Below are positions 19,524 through 28,597 of a stretch of DNA of 64,000 nucleotides, in pieces. The stretch comes from a virus. The stretch is from positions 64,001-128,000 of IMG/VR virus record IMGVR_UViG_3300032213_003144; one strand, 5' to 3'. Below the pieces are notes generated by a model, which saw nothing but the letters and a program-made list of their open reading frames with translations, ran no database searches and had not been told where the DNA came from. The stretch's first letter is position 1. Every line of letters starts with the position of its first letter. The translations under genes and the position numbers were made by a program.

Positions 19524-19754
19524 CTATACTGGTGGGTGAAAGCCTGTCTCATCATGAGTGTATCCCTCAATGACCATATCCTTTTGTTCCTCTAAAAGGA
19601 CTATTACCTTTGGGTCAGAAGATAGGGCTGCCACTTCGAGCGGCATATATTCGGTTCTCATTGGAATAATGCAGGCCACTTCGCCATCTACGACAAAAGC
19701 AAAGTAGGTGAAGTCTTCCTTGCGGAAAGTTGTTGGTGCTTCATTGTTTGACAT
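19524..19754 (-). CDS. Hypothetical tail-fibre-associated small protein
   Basis: FAFVVDGEV...AALSSDP.V...G..HD.T.F..P; AGGAG RBS. Confidence 0.6.
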   Translation of the reverse strand: MSNNEAPTTFRKEDFTYFAFVVDGEVACIIPMRTEYMPLEVAALSSDPKVIVLLEEQKDMVIEGYTHDETGFHPPV

Positions 19755-19775
19755 ATTTCTCCTTCTTTCTAAATG

Positions 19776-20795
19776 CTAACAGCCTGGGCCATCGCAATAT
19801 ACGTTTTGTGTAATGGTGCAGTTGGCGTTTCTTCTGTCTACCTGGAAGCAGTTTCCAGCACCTGGGTAGCATTTTCGACCGCTATTGTAGTACAGGACGG
19901 TACAGCCACTCGAAAATGAAGGTGGTGCGGTAAAGGTCGGTGGTGCGGTAAAGGTCGGTGGTGCGGCAAAGGTCGGTGGTGCAACCCAGCCACACTGTGC
20001 TTGGTACGGGTAGTTATTTATTCCAACTTCGCCACAACATCCGTCAGCAATAACATCTTGCAAGCTGTACGTAGGGCTTCCTGGTATGCAGTTCATGCCA
20101 ATAGGTGTTCCGTATGGGTCACATCCAGCGCAAGGGTCATTGAAGGTTGGAGGAGGAGCAGCAAATACCGGCGGTGAAACGTTTGTGGTCTCTTCAAGGT
20201 AAATTGAATCAGAGTTTGCCCAACCAGTCTTGGATACGTATACATATGTAAAGCGATTGACATTCTCACCAAGGCCAGTCCAACCGTGGCAACTTCCACT
20301 CTGGTCGTTTGGTACAACGTTGTAGCCGTAATAGTTGTAAGTATATGTAGCGTCGTGGTTGTCATAACAAAGCGGAATCGAGGAAGTTGTTTCTGCAATG
20401 TCGGAAACAATCGGTGTTGGGAGTTTTCCAAATAGCGGAGTTACCGAGTTTGAGTTGCTTGAAAAAGCCCCTGTGCCAATCGTATTTACTGCGGCGACCC
20501 TGAACACATAGGCTGTTCCGTTGGTCAAGCCAGTCACCGTAACTGAGGTTGAAGTTGAAACAGAGTCAGAGAATGTTGTAAAAGTGGAACCGCTGTCACT
20601 TGAATACTGGATTACATAATCGTTCAATGCCGGGCTCCCCAACATGACGGGGGCCGTCCAACTTACCGATGCAGTTGTGTTTCCATATGTTGCAGGAAGA
20701 CTTGCGGTCACCGATGTTGGTGCGCCTGGGACGAATCCCATGCGAAAACCAAACTTACTAGTTGAGCCGCTTCCAATACGGTTTAAGAATGGCAT
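19776..20795 (-). CDS. Fibronectin type III tail-fibre/adhesin protein with Pro-rich repeats and Cys-rich C-terminus
   Basis: FN3 motif P.APT...VSWTAP...Y.IQYS...TVTGLTNGTAY.FRV.A.N..G.G..S; APPTF repeats; many Cys. Confidence 0.75.
   Translation of the reverse strand: MPFLNRIGSGSTSKFGFRMGFVPGAPTSVTASLPATYGNTTASVSWTAPVMLGSPALNDYVIQYSSDSGSTFTTFSDSVSTSTSVTVTGLTNGTAYVFRVAAVNTIGTGAFSSNSNSVTPLFGKLPTPIVSDIAETTSSIPLCYDNHDATYTYNYYGYNVVPNDQSGSCHGWTGLGENVNRFTYVYVSKTGWANSDSIYLEETTNVSPPVFAAPPPTFNDPCAGCDPYGTPIGMNCIPGSPTYSLQDVIADGCCGEVGINNYPYQAQCGWVAPPTFAAPPTFTAPPTFTAPPSFSSGCTVLYYNSGRKCYPGAGNCFQVDRRNANCTITQNVYCDGPGC
19912..19983 (-). repeat. 18-bp tandem repeat (about 3.5-4 copies) encoding (A/T)APPTF
   Basis: + strand GGTGGTGCGG(T/C)AAAGGTC at 19921, 19939 and 19957, partial copy at 19975. 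Confidence 0.9.
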
Positions 20796-20801
20796 AGTTC
20801 A

Positions 20802-21773
20802 TTACGCAAATTTCGTTTGACTCGCAAGAACAGTAAATGCAGCATTTCCTGTTTTGATTATCGCAAGTGTGTATGCATCAATTGAGCTAGCGTTCCCAGT
20901 TGCAGGGGCAGTTCCACCCATCCATTTTGGAGTTACGGCCGAACCGTCCACCTGAAACACTGTTGGTCTTCTTTGTGTTGTTCCTATCGTTGCAAGAAAA
21001 GTTACCGTCGCTATCTGACCTGTTGCAAGAGTGTTGTTCAGTGTGACGCTTGATGTTCCCCTTACATTAAGCGTCCAGTTTGCAGAAGCATCAACCGTGT
21101 AGTAAACCGTTGGATTTGTGCTGAAGTCAATGTTGATGGTACCCGTGGCAGCAGAAGCACTTATACTTGCAGTCTCAATAACGGTAGTCACATCAATTGC
21201 CGTAAGTATTGCCTTGCCAGCAGCATCTCTTGCGACAATTGCTGATGCAGTGTTTGCGTCAGTAGCGGTAGTTGCCGAGTTTAATACTTTCCCAGGAGTT
21301 GAAATTGTCCCAAGTTTTGTATCGGCTATTCCGGCGGAAGCAATCTTTGCCGAAGTTACAGAGCCATCAGCTATATCAGCAGCGATTATTGTTCCGTCCG
21401 CTATATGGGCTGCGGTTATTGCGTTGTCCGCAATTTTCGCACCAGTCACAGCGTCATCAGCAATTTTTATAGTTGTAACTTCACCATCCGCAAGTACGAA
21501 TGTTGGCGCTGAAACCCAACTTGAACCGTTAAAAAATGTAACGTCGTTATTTAAATCTATATACGCAAACATCCCCTCCTGCAGAAGGGGTTTCCCGTCT
21601 CCAACCACGCCGGCAACGGTTTGACCAATAGCAATACCATTACCAAACGCAGTATCCCTGGCTGCGGTGGTCGCGAATCTCATAATCGACTGATTCATTA
21701 AATAGCCGTTAACGTCCGCAGCAGTAATTACGTCTCCGGCAACAAAAAGTCTTGTTCCTAATCCACCAGCCAT
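20802..21773 (-). CDS. Tail fibre protein
   Basis: F..GDV.TAA.VN.YLM N-terminus, IADxxVTxAK decapeptide repeats, C-terminal KW.GG.AP..NA..IDAY; AGGAG RBS before ATG 21773. Confidence 0.75.
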   Translation of the reverse strand: MAGGLGTRLFVAGDVITAADVNGYLMNQSIMRFATTAARDTAFGNGIAIGQTVAGVVGDGKPLLQEGMFAYIDLNNDVTFFNGSSWVSAPTFVLADGEVTTIKIADDAVTGAKIADNAITAAHIADGTIIAADIADGSVTSAKIASAGIADTKLGTISTPGKVLNSATTATDANTASAIVARDAAGKAILTAIDVTTVIETASISASAATGTINIDFSTNPTVYYTVDASANWTLNVRGTSSVTLNNTLATGQIATVTFLATIGTTQRRPTVFQVDGSAVTPKWMGGTAPATGNASSIDAYTLAIIKTGNAAFTVLASQTKFA

Positions 21774-21813
21774 TATTGGTCTCCTGTATTTCTGATTGTA
21801 AAGTTTATCATTG

Positions 21814-23088
21814 CTATCCCAGTGGGTATTCCCCAAGTACCCCGAGTGTCACGTCGTCAAGTGCTAATAAAAATGCCAGCACTGTCAAGTGTGTTATTTT
21901 GTAACCAAGAGGCCTTGATGGTTCAACTGCAGCAAGTACTATGTCGCTTGACTCGCCAACTTCTGCATCCAGGGTTTCGTTTACTATTGTTTGGATTCTT
22001 ATAGCCCATGGGTCGCCTCCGAATTTTGGGGTCAAAGAAACACTTCTGGTCGATGAAGAACCGTCTACTGTTTTTATAAGAACCTGCTTGGCTGATTCAA
22101 GTATCGCCCTTCTACTTCCAGCCCCTCTTCCGTGGTGAGAGCTACTCAGTTGCCACTCTAAAAAATCCCTAATCAAAGATTCGTTATCCAGGTAAAGTGA
22201 TTTATCTGGTAATTGAAAATTTTGTTTTAAAAATTCACCTGTAAATTGAGCCAGCCATGGCATGTACTCAGGCCTTACAGACTGTGGTGATACGAGTGAA
22301 CTTGATGCCCAGTATTCAGTTTTCAAGGACGGTGTATATATTTCATCATTCTCGTAGCCATACATTCTTTGATACTCACGTCGCGCGTCGCCGGCAAATG
22401 CAGTGAGAACGTCAATCAATCTGTAGAAGGGGTATGTTGGCGATGATTGGTCGGAGTCAATAGACCAGTAAAAATCAGGAAGATGATGCCTAAATTGACC
22501 AACAAATGGATTTTCGTAAAAACCAAGTTCCCTTATTAGATGCGCATTTGTCATTCTTATTTGCGTTGCTTCGTGTCCGGTTATTTCTACATCTATATTC
22601 GCATAATGGGTAGATGAATCGTTTGGAACGTAAGCAACATTTGACCAAACACCATTATATTGACCGCTTGATATTTCAGCAATGTTCTCTTCTACTGGAT
22701 AAAAAACCGAAGAAGAAGCCGACTGAGCTATGTTTGTTGATGGATTGACATAATAAACCGCTGAAGCTGAATCAATCCATAATTTTATTGCTACTGTAAC
22801 TTCATCAAGCGTTTTAATTTTTGAGTTAAAAACGAGACCAACACCATTTGTGTCAAGTGGGAGTTCTATGTTCCTTAATTTATATTTTACCGCCAGCGTG
22901 CTCGACGGGCTCGCAATGGCAACAAACCTAGACGTTACGTTTAAGTCTGTCTGAGATATTTCAAGCGTAGCGTTATCTGTTTCCCAGCCAAATGGATATG
23001 TCGTATTTGCGAGTGACACCAATCTGCCGTTTTCGTCATAGACGCTTAATGCGTCATGCCATGGGAGGAGGTTTACGGTTGTTGGCAT
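21814..23088 (-). CDS. Baseplate wedge/tail protein (P2 gpI-like)
   Basis: LPDFY, YMPWLAQF.G, RG.GS..AI; directly downstream of the gpJ-like gene. Confidence 0.65.
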   Translation of the reverse strand: MPTTVNLLPWHDALSVYDENGRLVSLANTTYPFGWETDNATLEISQTDLNVTSRFVAIASPSSTLAVKYKLRNIELPLDTNGVGLVFNSKIKTLDEVTVAIKLWIDSASAVYYVNPSTNIAQSASSSVFYPVEENIAEISSGQYNGVWSNVAYVPNDSSTHYANIDVEITGHEATQIRMTNAHLIRELGFYENPFVGQFRHHLPDFYWSIDSDQSSPTYPFYRLIDVLTAFAGDARREYQRMYGYENDEIYTPSLKTEYWASSSLVSPQSVRPEYMPWLAQFTGEFLKQNFQLPDKSLYLDNESLIRDFLEWQLSSSHHGRGAGSRRAILESAKQVLIKTVDGSSSTRSVSLTPKFGGDPWAIRIQTIVNETLDAEVGESSDIVLAAVEPSRPLGYKITHLTVLAFLLALDDVTLGVLGEYPLG

Positions 23089-24539
23089 TACGACTCAAAT
23101 ACGGTTATGGTCAAAGTTATGTCTTCTGCAGAAATAATCGGCAAAGTACCCTTATTCGCAAACAGCAAGTCTGTTCCGTACTTTGGTAGCCATCCACTAC
23201 CAACTGGGGATATTGAGACAGATTCTACATATATCACACCTGGTATGTTGGCAATTAGTGATACAAGTTGTGTTGTTCTTACCCTATCGAGATTGAAAGG
23301 GAAAACTCCAGGACTCAAGTAGTCTACGAGGGTATCAGTAATAGATGAACTAACAACAGATGTGTCGTATGATTCACTAATAACAACATCTGCTTCAATT
23401 GTTAAATTCACCAATGTTGGGTCTAGGACATTTACTGTTAGCCCGGCAACAGACGAGTCTGACACTTCTGTCTTGATTCCTAGTTTTTCTGTCTGTGTTA
23501 AGAACGTATTCAATCCATAACCAAAAACAGTTACATAACCTGGGTCGTCTTCTCCGGCATAGGCAGAGCCAGTTACTACAGTGCTGGCACTGTTTGAACC
23601 AACAGATGTGAATACTATTGTCGATGCGCTAGTTGCTAAAACTTCAAAATCACCAGAAAAAGGTCCGCAGTTAGAGAGCCTTACAGTATCTCCGGCTATA
23701 AATAAGTGTGGTGCCTGTGTTCGCACTGTACCGATATTCGTTGTTCCATCTCTAAATGTTTTAATTACACCAGCAGTCCTACTTACTGTTATGTCACCGG
23801 AAGTGCTGTCACCGTTTGTTAGGTCATATGAGCGAACTCGTCCAACAACACCAGGAAAAGTTGTAAGAATATACGAATCAAGTTGGCTTGATTTATTTAT
23901 GGTCGAAGACAATGAGCGCAAGTAAGTTGCAGAACGAGACAGATAATCTGAGTCTGTATCTGCGTTTACACCATTAACAAAATTGCTTGGGCTTGCAACA
24001 ATTGCACTAAAAATATTTGTACCAGCAGATATGACATTTAATTCCGCATTAGCTGATATTGGGGGTATTATTCCTAGCGTAAGGCAAGAACAGGTTATTG
24101 TTGCCGCTGGGTAGTCAGGGTCAACTTCTGGGTCAACTTCGGATATCTCTACCGCTTCGAGTGTTTGAAATGCATATTCCTGAAGCTCATCTTCAAAATA
24201 TGTTTCATAGCTAACAACTGTTCCAGCTGGAACAGTTCCGCCACTGTAGCTGTTTAGGGTGAATACGACATCTACCTGTGAGGCCACTCCTTCTTGTCGA
24301 TTAAATCCAAGGATTGCCATTACTCCAGACATCAGTCTGTTCGGTAATCTATTTATTGCTGAAATATTCAATGCGCTCACATATGCCATTGCCTGGAATA
24401 TTGCGTCTTCTGGGGTTCCTGTGCGAAGCTCAAATTGAGGAAGTGAAAGACGTGCAAGTTCAAGAGAATCCCTATAGATATCACCTGGCTCTAAGTCAAA
24501 AACACTTAGGTCTATATAGTTTGAAAAATCTGCAGGCAT
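23088..24539 (-). CDS. Baseplate J-like protein
   Basis: G.PE.AI, GT.V....F.T, NG.NA.TD..YL.R, PGV, LIANIPGV.YV; position in the tail operon. Confidence 0.8.
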   Translation of the reverse strand: MPADFSNYIDLSVFDLEPGDIYRDSLELARLSLPQFELRTGTPEDAIFQAMAYVSALNISAINRLPNRLMSGVMAILGFNRQEGVASQVDVVFTLNSYSGGTVPAGTVVSYETYFEDELQEYAFQTLEAVEISEVDPEVDPDYPAATITCSCLTLGIIPPISANAELNVISAGTNIFSAIVASPSNFVNGVNADTDSDYLSRSATYLRSLSSTINKSSQLDSYILTTFPGVVGRVRSYDLTNGDSTSGDITVSRTAGVIKTFRDGTTNIGTVRTQAPHLFIAGDTVRLSNCGPFSGDFEVLATSASTIVFTSVGSNSASTVVTGSAYAGEDDPGYVTVFGYGLNTFLTQTEKLGIKTEVSDSSVAGLTVNVLDPTLVNLTIEADVVISESYDTSVVSSSITDTLVDYLSPGVFPFNLDRVRTTQLVSLIANIPGVIYVESVSISPVGSGWLPKYGTDLLFANKGTLPIISAEDITLTITVFES

Positions 24540-24547
24540 TTGCGCTC

Positions 24548-24844
24548 CTAAACTAGAACATCAAATGCAAATGTAACTTTTGCATTCGAGTCGGAATCTT
24601 CCGTTGTTAATACTGAAGTTATTTTTACTTCTGGCACATACCGCGCGGCATTAAGCACAAATAAGCCTTTGTCTATCCCTCTAAACGCAGGGTCATTAAC
24701 TCCGAATCGTGGGGTAAATGGGTGCGTCATTGGTTCTGTAAGCATGCAGATTGAGAGTAGTTGCGTGTAATATTCGTCGCTACCATCTCGATGTTTTTTA
24801 AAACCAGTGCTATCAAATCTAACTGGGAATGCAATCATGTCCAT
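24548..24844 (-). CDS. Baseplate wedge gp25/gpW-like protein
   Basis: AFP.RF, T.P..HP..P.FGV.DP; size and position. Confidence 0.65.
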   Translation of the reverse strand: MDMIAFPVRFDSTGFKKHRDGSDEYYTQLLSICMLTEPMTHPFTPRFGVNDPAFRGIDKGLFVLNAARYVPEVKITSVLTTEDSDSNAKVTFAFDVLV

Positions 24845-25224
24845 TATGCGTTCTCCAATGCCGTAACCCGCTGATTAAGAGCTATGATTTGATTTTGAAG
24901 ACTAGTTATTGTTGTTACTAAAGTCTGAACAAGAGTCTTGGATGCATACACATCTTGTTTATTTTTTGCGCTACCAATCACCATGAGTTCTGTAAAAAAT
25001 TCATCAGTAAAAGTGCACTGTACGGAATCCCCTGTAGAAAGCTTGTTGAGCGTCGTTGTTCCAATTGGTGTTATTGGACCATAGCTAGTTCCCAGTTCGT
25101 TAACTTTTACAAAAACTCTTCCAGATGAGTCAACAGAAGTAACTGATGCTTTATAGAAACGGCCAGGAGCCAGTCTATGCGTCGAAGCTTTTTGTGAATT
25201 TACTATGTCTGGTCTTTTTGCCAT
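24844..25224 (-). CDS. Baseplate spike (gpV-like OB-fold) protein
   Basis: A.VTSVD..GRVFVKV, GD.V...F.......VIG; C-terminal coiled coil. Confidence 0.55.
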   Translation of the reverse strand: MAKRPDIVNSQKASTHRLAPGRFYKASVTSVDSSGRVFVKVNELGTSYGPITPIGTTTLNKLSTGDSVQCTFTDEFFTELMVIGSAKNKQDVYASKTLVQTLVTTITSLQNQIIALNQRVTALENA

Positions 25225-25256
25225 TTTGACTCCTTTTCTTATTCTATTTTACTTTA

Positions 25257-26987
25257 CTATTGCCACAAAGAATCTGTCCCACCAGGGGTATTTGGAACTA
25301 GGTCCAAATCCCCATTAACAGATGGGAATCTTTTGTAGCAGATTTGCTCCTGCTGCATCGAAATCAATTTTCCATAATCTCTTGCATTTAGTATTGCCTT
25401 CGCCTCTGTGTCGCCACGGACGACACCGAGGTGTCTCCCGGTCCCTAGATATCCACCGGCCGCATTGAATGCGCTTACAATTTCCGCTTCAGTTTTCATC
25501 ACCGCTACTCCATTTTGAGTGAAAATAGAAGGAAGCAATATTGCTCTCCATTCGCTTCCAAACTGCTGGGTAACAGTTATCGAGAAAGTTGTATGTAGGC
25601 CATCAGAAGACGGGAGGGCGGGTCTGTTATATAGGTCCAGATTGCCTACGTAAATAACCGTATCTTTATCATTAGTGCTATTTGAGTTTGGTTTTCCGCC
25701 AGTTATTTCGTTCTTAATCATCGCGTGAACTGATGTTAAATTTGCATAAATCATCGATGGATACGCATACCTAGAAGAGTCTGTTGGAAGTGGGAGTATG
25801 CGAGCGTCAATTTGATTCTTGGTTATTGCTCTCCCTGATGCAGTTTTTGCTTCCTGTATTGTGGTCTGTATCTGTGGTAATCCATTGGCAACATACGTCT
25901 GCGTATAGAGCTGTCCGACTGGTAGAAGTTTTAAATTCTTTTTTTGTTGTTCTGTTCTTTCTGGTGTTCTAAAAGAAATAGAGACAGCATCAGGTGTCAT
26001 TTCATTAAAAGAAACATCTGTAATCAAATAAAATCCAGACATGTTTGGAATTGTTCCAACATAAGCAGTCATCCCAGGTCTTAGCTGAGTTCCATTAACT
26101 CTTTCAACCATGCATGAGCCATCTCCTGCATACGGGTCGTTGTCTGACTTTGTTATGTTTGGATGCTCGGTTAGAAGGAATCTTCCTGGAGTCCCAACGT
26201 AGTCTGGTGAGAAATTAGGGAACTGAAGAGGAATCCATCTCTGCTCCTTAAACCCTTTCTGTTTTCTCTTTCCTGGGTTTGCTGGGTCTGGGACCATTTT
26301 GGGAACAGTTCTTTTATCTACACCCCACTTATGAAGAAGCCATTGTTCTGATGCGAATATTAGGTAACCATCAACTTCATAACAAACAAATTTTGCTGCT
26401 TCTGCTATTCGCTGTATTACATCCCACACCGACTCTGCCTGACGGCTTCCCTTTGTCGATGTTGCTGCTCCACCCTTACTTGATTCCTGGCCGGCAAATT
26501 TAAGACCATACTTTTTTGCTGCGTTTTTTACGTACTGAGCCCCACCACCTTTGATTGTTCCTGGTTTTTTATCTCTCTTCATTTGCTGTACGGCTTTTGT
26601 GTAGCACTTAATTGAGTATGAGCAGCTTCCACCAGGACCTTGAGAGACTGTGACGTTTGCAATTTCAAACAGTTGGGAAACCGGTCTTATCTTTGAACTG
26701 GCCGGGGTTATTTGTCCAATCGCCTGTGTTTGATATATTATGTCTCTACCAAGAGTGAAGTAATTGTTTTTTGACATTGCCAGGCCTGGGTCAAGCACGT
26801 CAAATGAAAGTTCTGAAGCTAAATCCATTGTGTAACTAACGCTTACCTGCGTTACCAAACTGGATAAATCAGTAAATGCCCCACCACCAAAATTCGGAAG
26901 GTCTGCTACAAGTATTTTTCTTTGATGAGGACCAGTAAAATTTCTTGAAAATGCCCAACTCGTATATGTTGAAAGTTCCTGGGCCAC
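25257..26987 (-). CDS. Baseplate hub (gpD/gp27-like) protein
   Basis: SELSF...D, ESVWD.IQR.A, LRPG......G.YLIT.V; position. Confidence 0.6.
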   Translation of the reverse strand: MAQELSTYTSWAFSRNFTGPHQRKILVADLPNFGGGAFTDLSSLVTQVSVSYTMDLASELSFDVLDPGLAMSKNNYFTLGRDIIYQTQAIGQITPASSKIRPVSQLFEIANVTVSQGPGGSCSYSIKCYTKAVQQMKRDKKPGTIKGGGAQYVKNAAKKYGLKFAGQESSKGGAATSTKGSRQAESVWDVIQRIAEAAKFVCYEVDGYLIFASEQWLLHKWGVDKRTVPKMVPDPANPGKRKQKGFKEQRWIPLQFPNFSPDYVGTPGRFLLTEHPNITKSDNDPYAGDGSCMVERVNGTQLRPGMTAYVGTIPNMSGFYLITDVSFNEMTPDAVSISFRTPERTEQQKKNLKLLPVGQLYTQTYVANGLPQIQTTIQEAKTASGRAITKNQIDARILPLPTDSSRYAYPSMIYANLTSVHAMIKNEITGGKPNSNSTNDKDTVIYVGNLDLYNRPALPSSDGLHTTFSITVTQQFGSEWRAILLPSIFTQNGVAVMKTEAEIVSAFNAAGGYLGTGRHLGVVRGDTEAKAILNARDYGKLISMQQEQICYKRFPSVNGDLDLVPNTPGGTDSLWQ

Positions 26988-26989
26988 AA

Positions 26990-28597
26990 TTACGTCCCAG
27001 TTTGTTCATTATTGCAGGTGTTTGTATCACGATTTTTTGTAACACCAGGATTAGACCAAAGTAATGGAACGCATGTTCCTCCTGGCGTGGAAGGAGGTAT
27101 GGTTGGAGTGGATATGTCAGTCAGCCTTGGCAGAACTATCAGATTCGGACCCTCAAGTGGTAATTCTTGAATCGTGAGGTTGCATGTGGCTCTAGCTATC
27201 TCTCCACGTGGAGATGATGCGCTATTGGCGTCTGGTGGCTGTTGAACCCTTTGTACCGAATTTATTGTTAAATCTACAATTGCAAACTCAATCCCGCTTC
27301 CACCAGTCCATGATGGATATATAAGTTGCTCTGTAAACATTTTATCCATACCAAGAAAAATAACTGATTCCGGCCTAGATGCCATCTGTCGTAACATTTT
27401 TAGTTCATCATCACATGAAGTCATTAGATTTGTGTTATCGCCAACCACAAACTCAAATGATATTTTCATAAGTTTGAAATTTCTAAAGTCCACAAATGGG
27501 GTGTTGTTTACTCTGTCTATTTCTGTCCAGTTTGCACCTAGGTCAGTGTATGAAACATTATTTGGATAATATCTAAACTGGAATCTGTCAGGTGTTAATG
27601 AATAGTCACCTTCTGATGTCCTGTAGTACTGGACCATCTCTGCTTTGGTATTGTCACCAAGGGCAAGTATTCTTGAATTAATTGATTTTTTTATGGTTGC
27701 TACTACTGCACGGTTTCTAGTACCACTGTCACGCTGTGCTGATTCTGCCTGTGCTGTAGCAAATGAAGAATTAGTTCCACTAGTAGTCGTGGTTTTTGCA
27801 GTTGTTCCGGCTTTTTTTGTGCTTGGGCCCTTTGCTGCTGCCGTTGGTGATTCAGCTTTTTCAGCAGCTGCATCTTCTGCTGCTATAACCTCTATTGCTG
27901 CACGTTTTGATAGACCTTGTAGCTCTAATTGCTCAATTCTTCTTTTTGTAAAATTTTCAAGATTTAATTCTTGAGCTTCACCAGTAAACTTTGAATATCT
28001 ATCCATTGAATATAATTCACCATATTGAGCTGCAGCAATTGTTTTTGATACTGGATAGAACCTTTTTTGTGCAGGATGGTACCAATATGGCGTGTAGTTG
28101 CTTTGAAGTGTGTCGCTTTGTTTTCTCCATTTGTTAAGAACATTAGTCTTATATGGATTTTTGTTATCAGGCAATCCAGTGTCCGACCAGTTAAAAACTT
28201 CTGAGGTAATGCTATATATCTCATTTGCATAAACAAAAGAAGAAATACCTACAGCATCAAGCTGGTACCTACCCCCGGTTTGTGGTTGGTTTGTGTAACT
28301 TGGCAGAACAAGTTCTGGAGTTGATTTAGGTTTTTGTTCTTGAAAAGTTAATTCATCACCATCGTTGTAAACGATATAACTATTATCAGAAATACTTGCA
28401 CCAGCTGTTGAGTATGGATACCAGTACTTAACGTTAGAAAAAGATGGAAGCAATGTCCAGCTAGAACCAGGAGGGAACCAGGTAATATTATTTTGAGCAA
28501 CAAATTTTTGTTTTATTGGGTAGCTTTTTTTTATGCTTTCAGGGGAGCTTAATGTGTACCCAATAGTCCCAAGATAAACGTCACCTCTACTAGGCAT
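26990..28597 (-). CDS. Tail tube initiator/baseplate protein
   Basis: C-terminal FQF.Y.PN.VSY...ISFEF...I.DL.I...G.I.RA.C.LT.QE; follows the tape measure. Confidence 0.55.
   Translation of the reverse strand: MPSRGDVYLGTIGYTLSSPESIKKSYPIKQKFVAQNNITWFPPGSSWTLLPSFSNVKYWYPYSTAGASISDNSYIVYNDGDELTFQEQKPKSTPELVLPSYTNQPQTGGRYQLDAVGISSFVYANEIYSITSEVFNWSDTGLPDNKNPYKTNVLNKWRKQSDTLQSNYTPYWYHPAQKRFYPVSKTIAAAQYGELYSMDRYSKFTGEAQELNLENFTKRRIEQLELQGLSKRAAIEVIAAEDAAAEKAESPTAAAKGPSTKKAGTTAKTTTTSGTNSSFATAQAESAQRDSGTRNRAVVATIKKSINSRILALGDNTKAEMVQYYRTSEGDYSLTPDRFQFRYYPNNVSYTDLGANWTEIDRVNNTPFVDFRNFKLMKISFEFVVGDNTNLMTSCDDELKMLRQMASRPESVIFLGMDKMFTEQLIYPSWTGGSGIEFAIVDLTINSVQRVQQPPDANSASSPRGEIARATCNLTIQELPLEGPNLIVLPRLTDISTPTIPPSTPGGTCVPLLWSNPGVTKNRDTNTCNNEQTGT

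Noticed and set aside
19912-19983. 18-bp repeats as a CRISPR array or DGR repeat
   Set aside because: No spacers, in-frame coding repeat, no reverse transcriptase in the window
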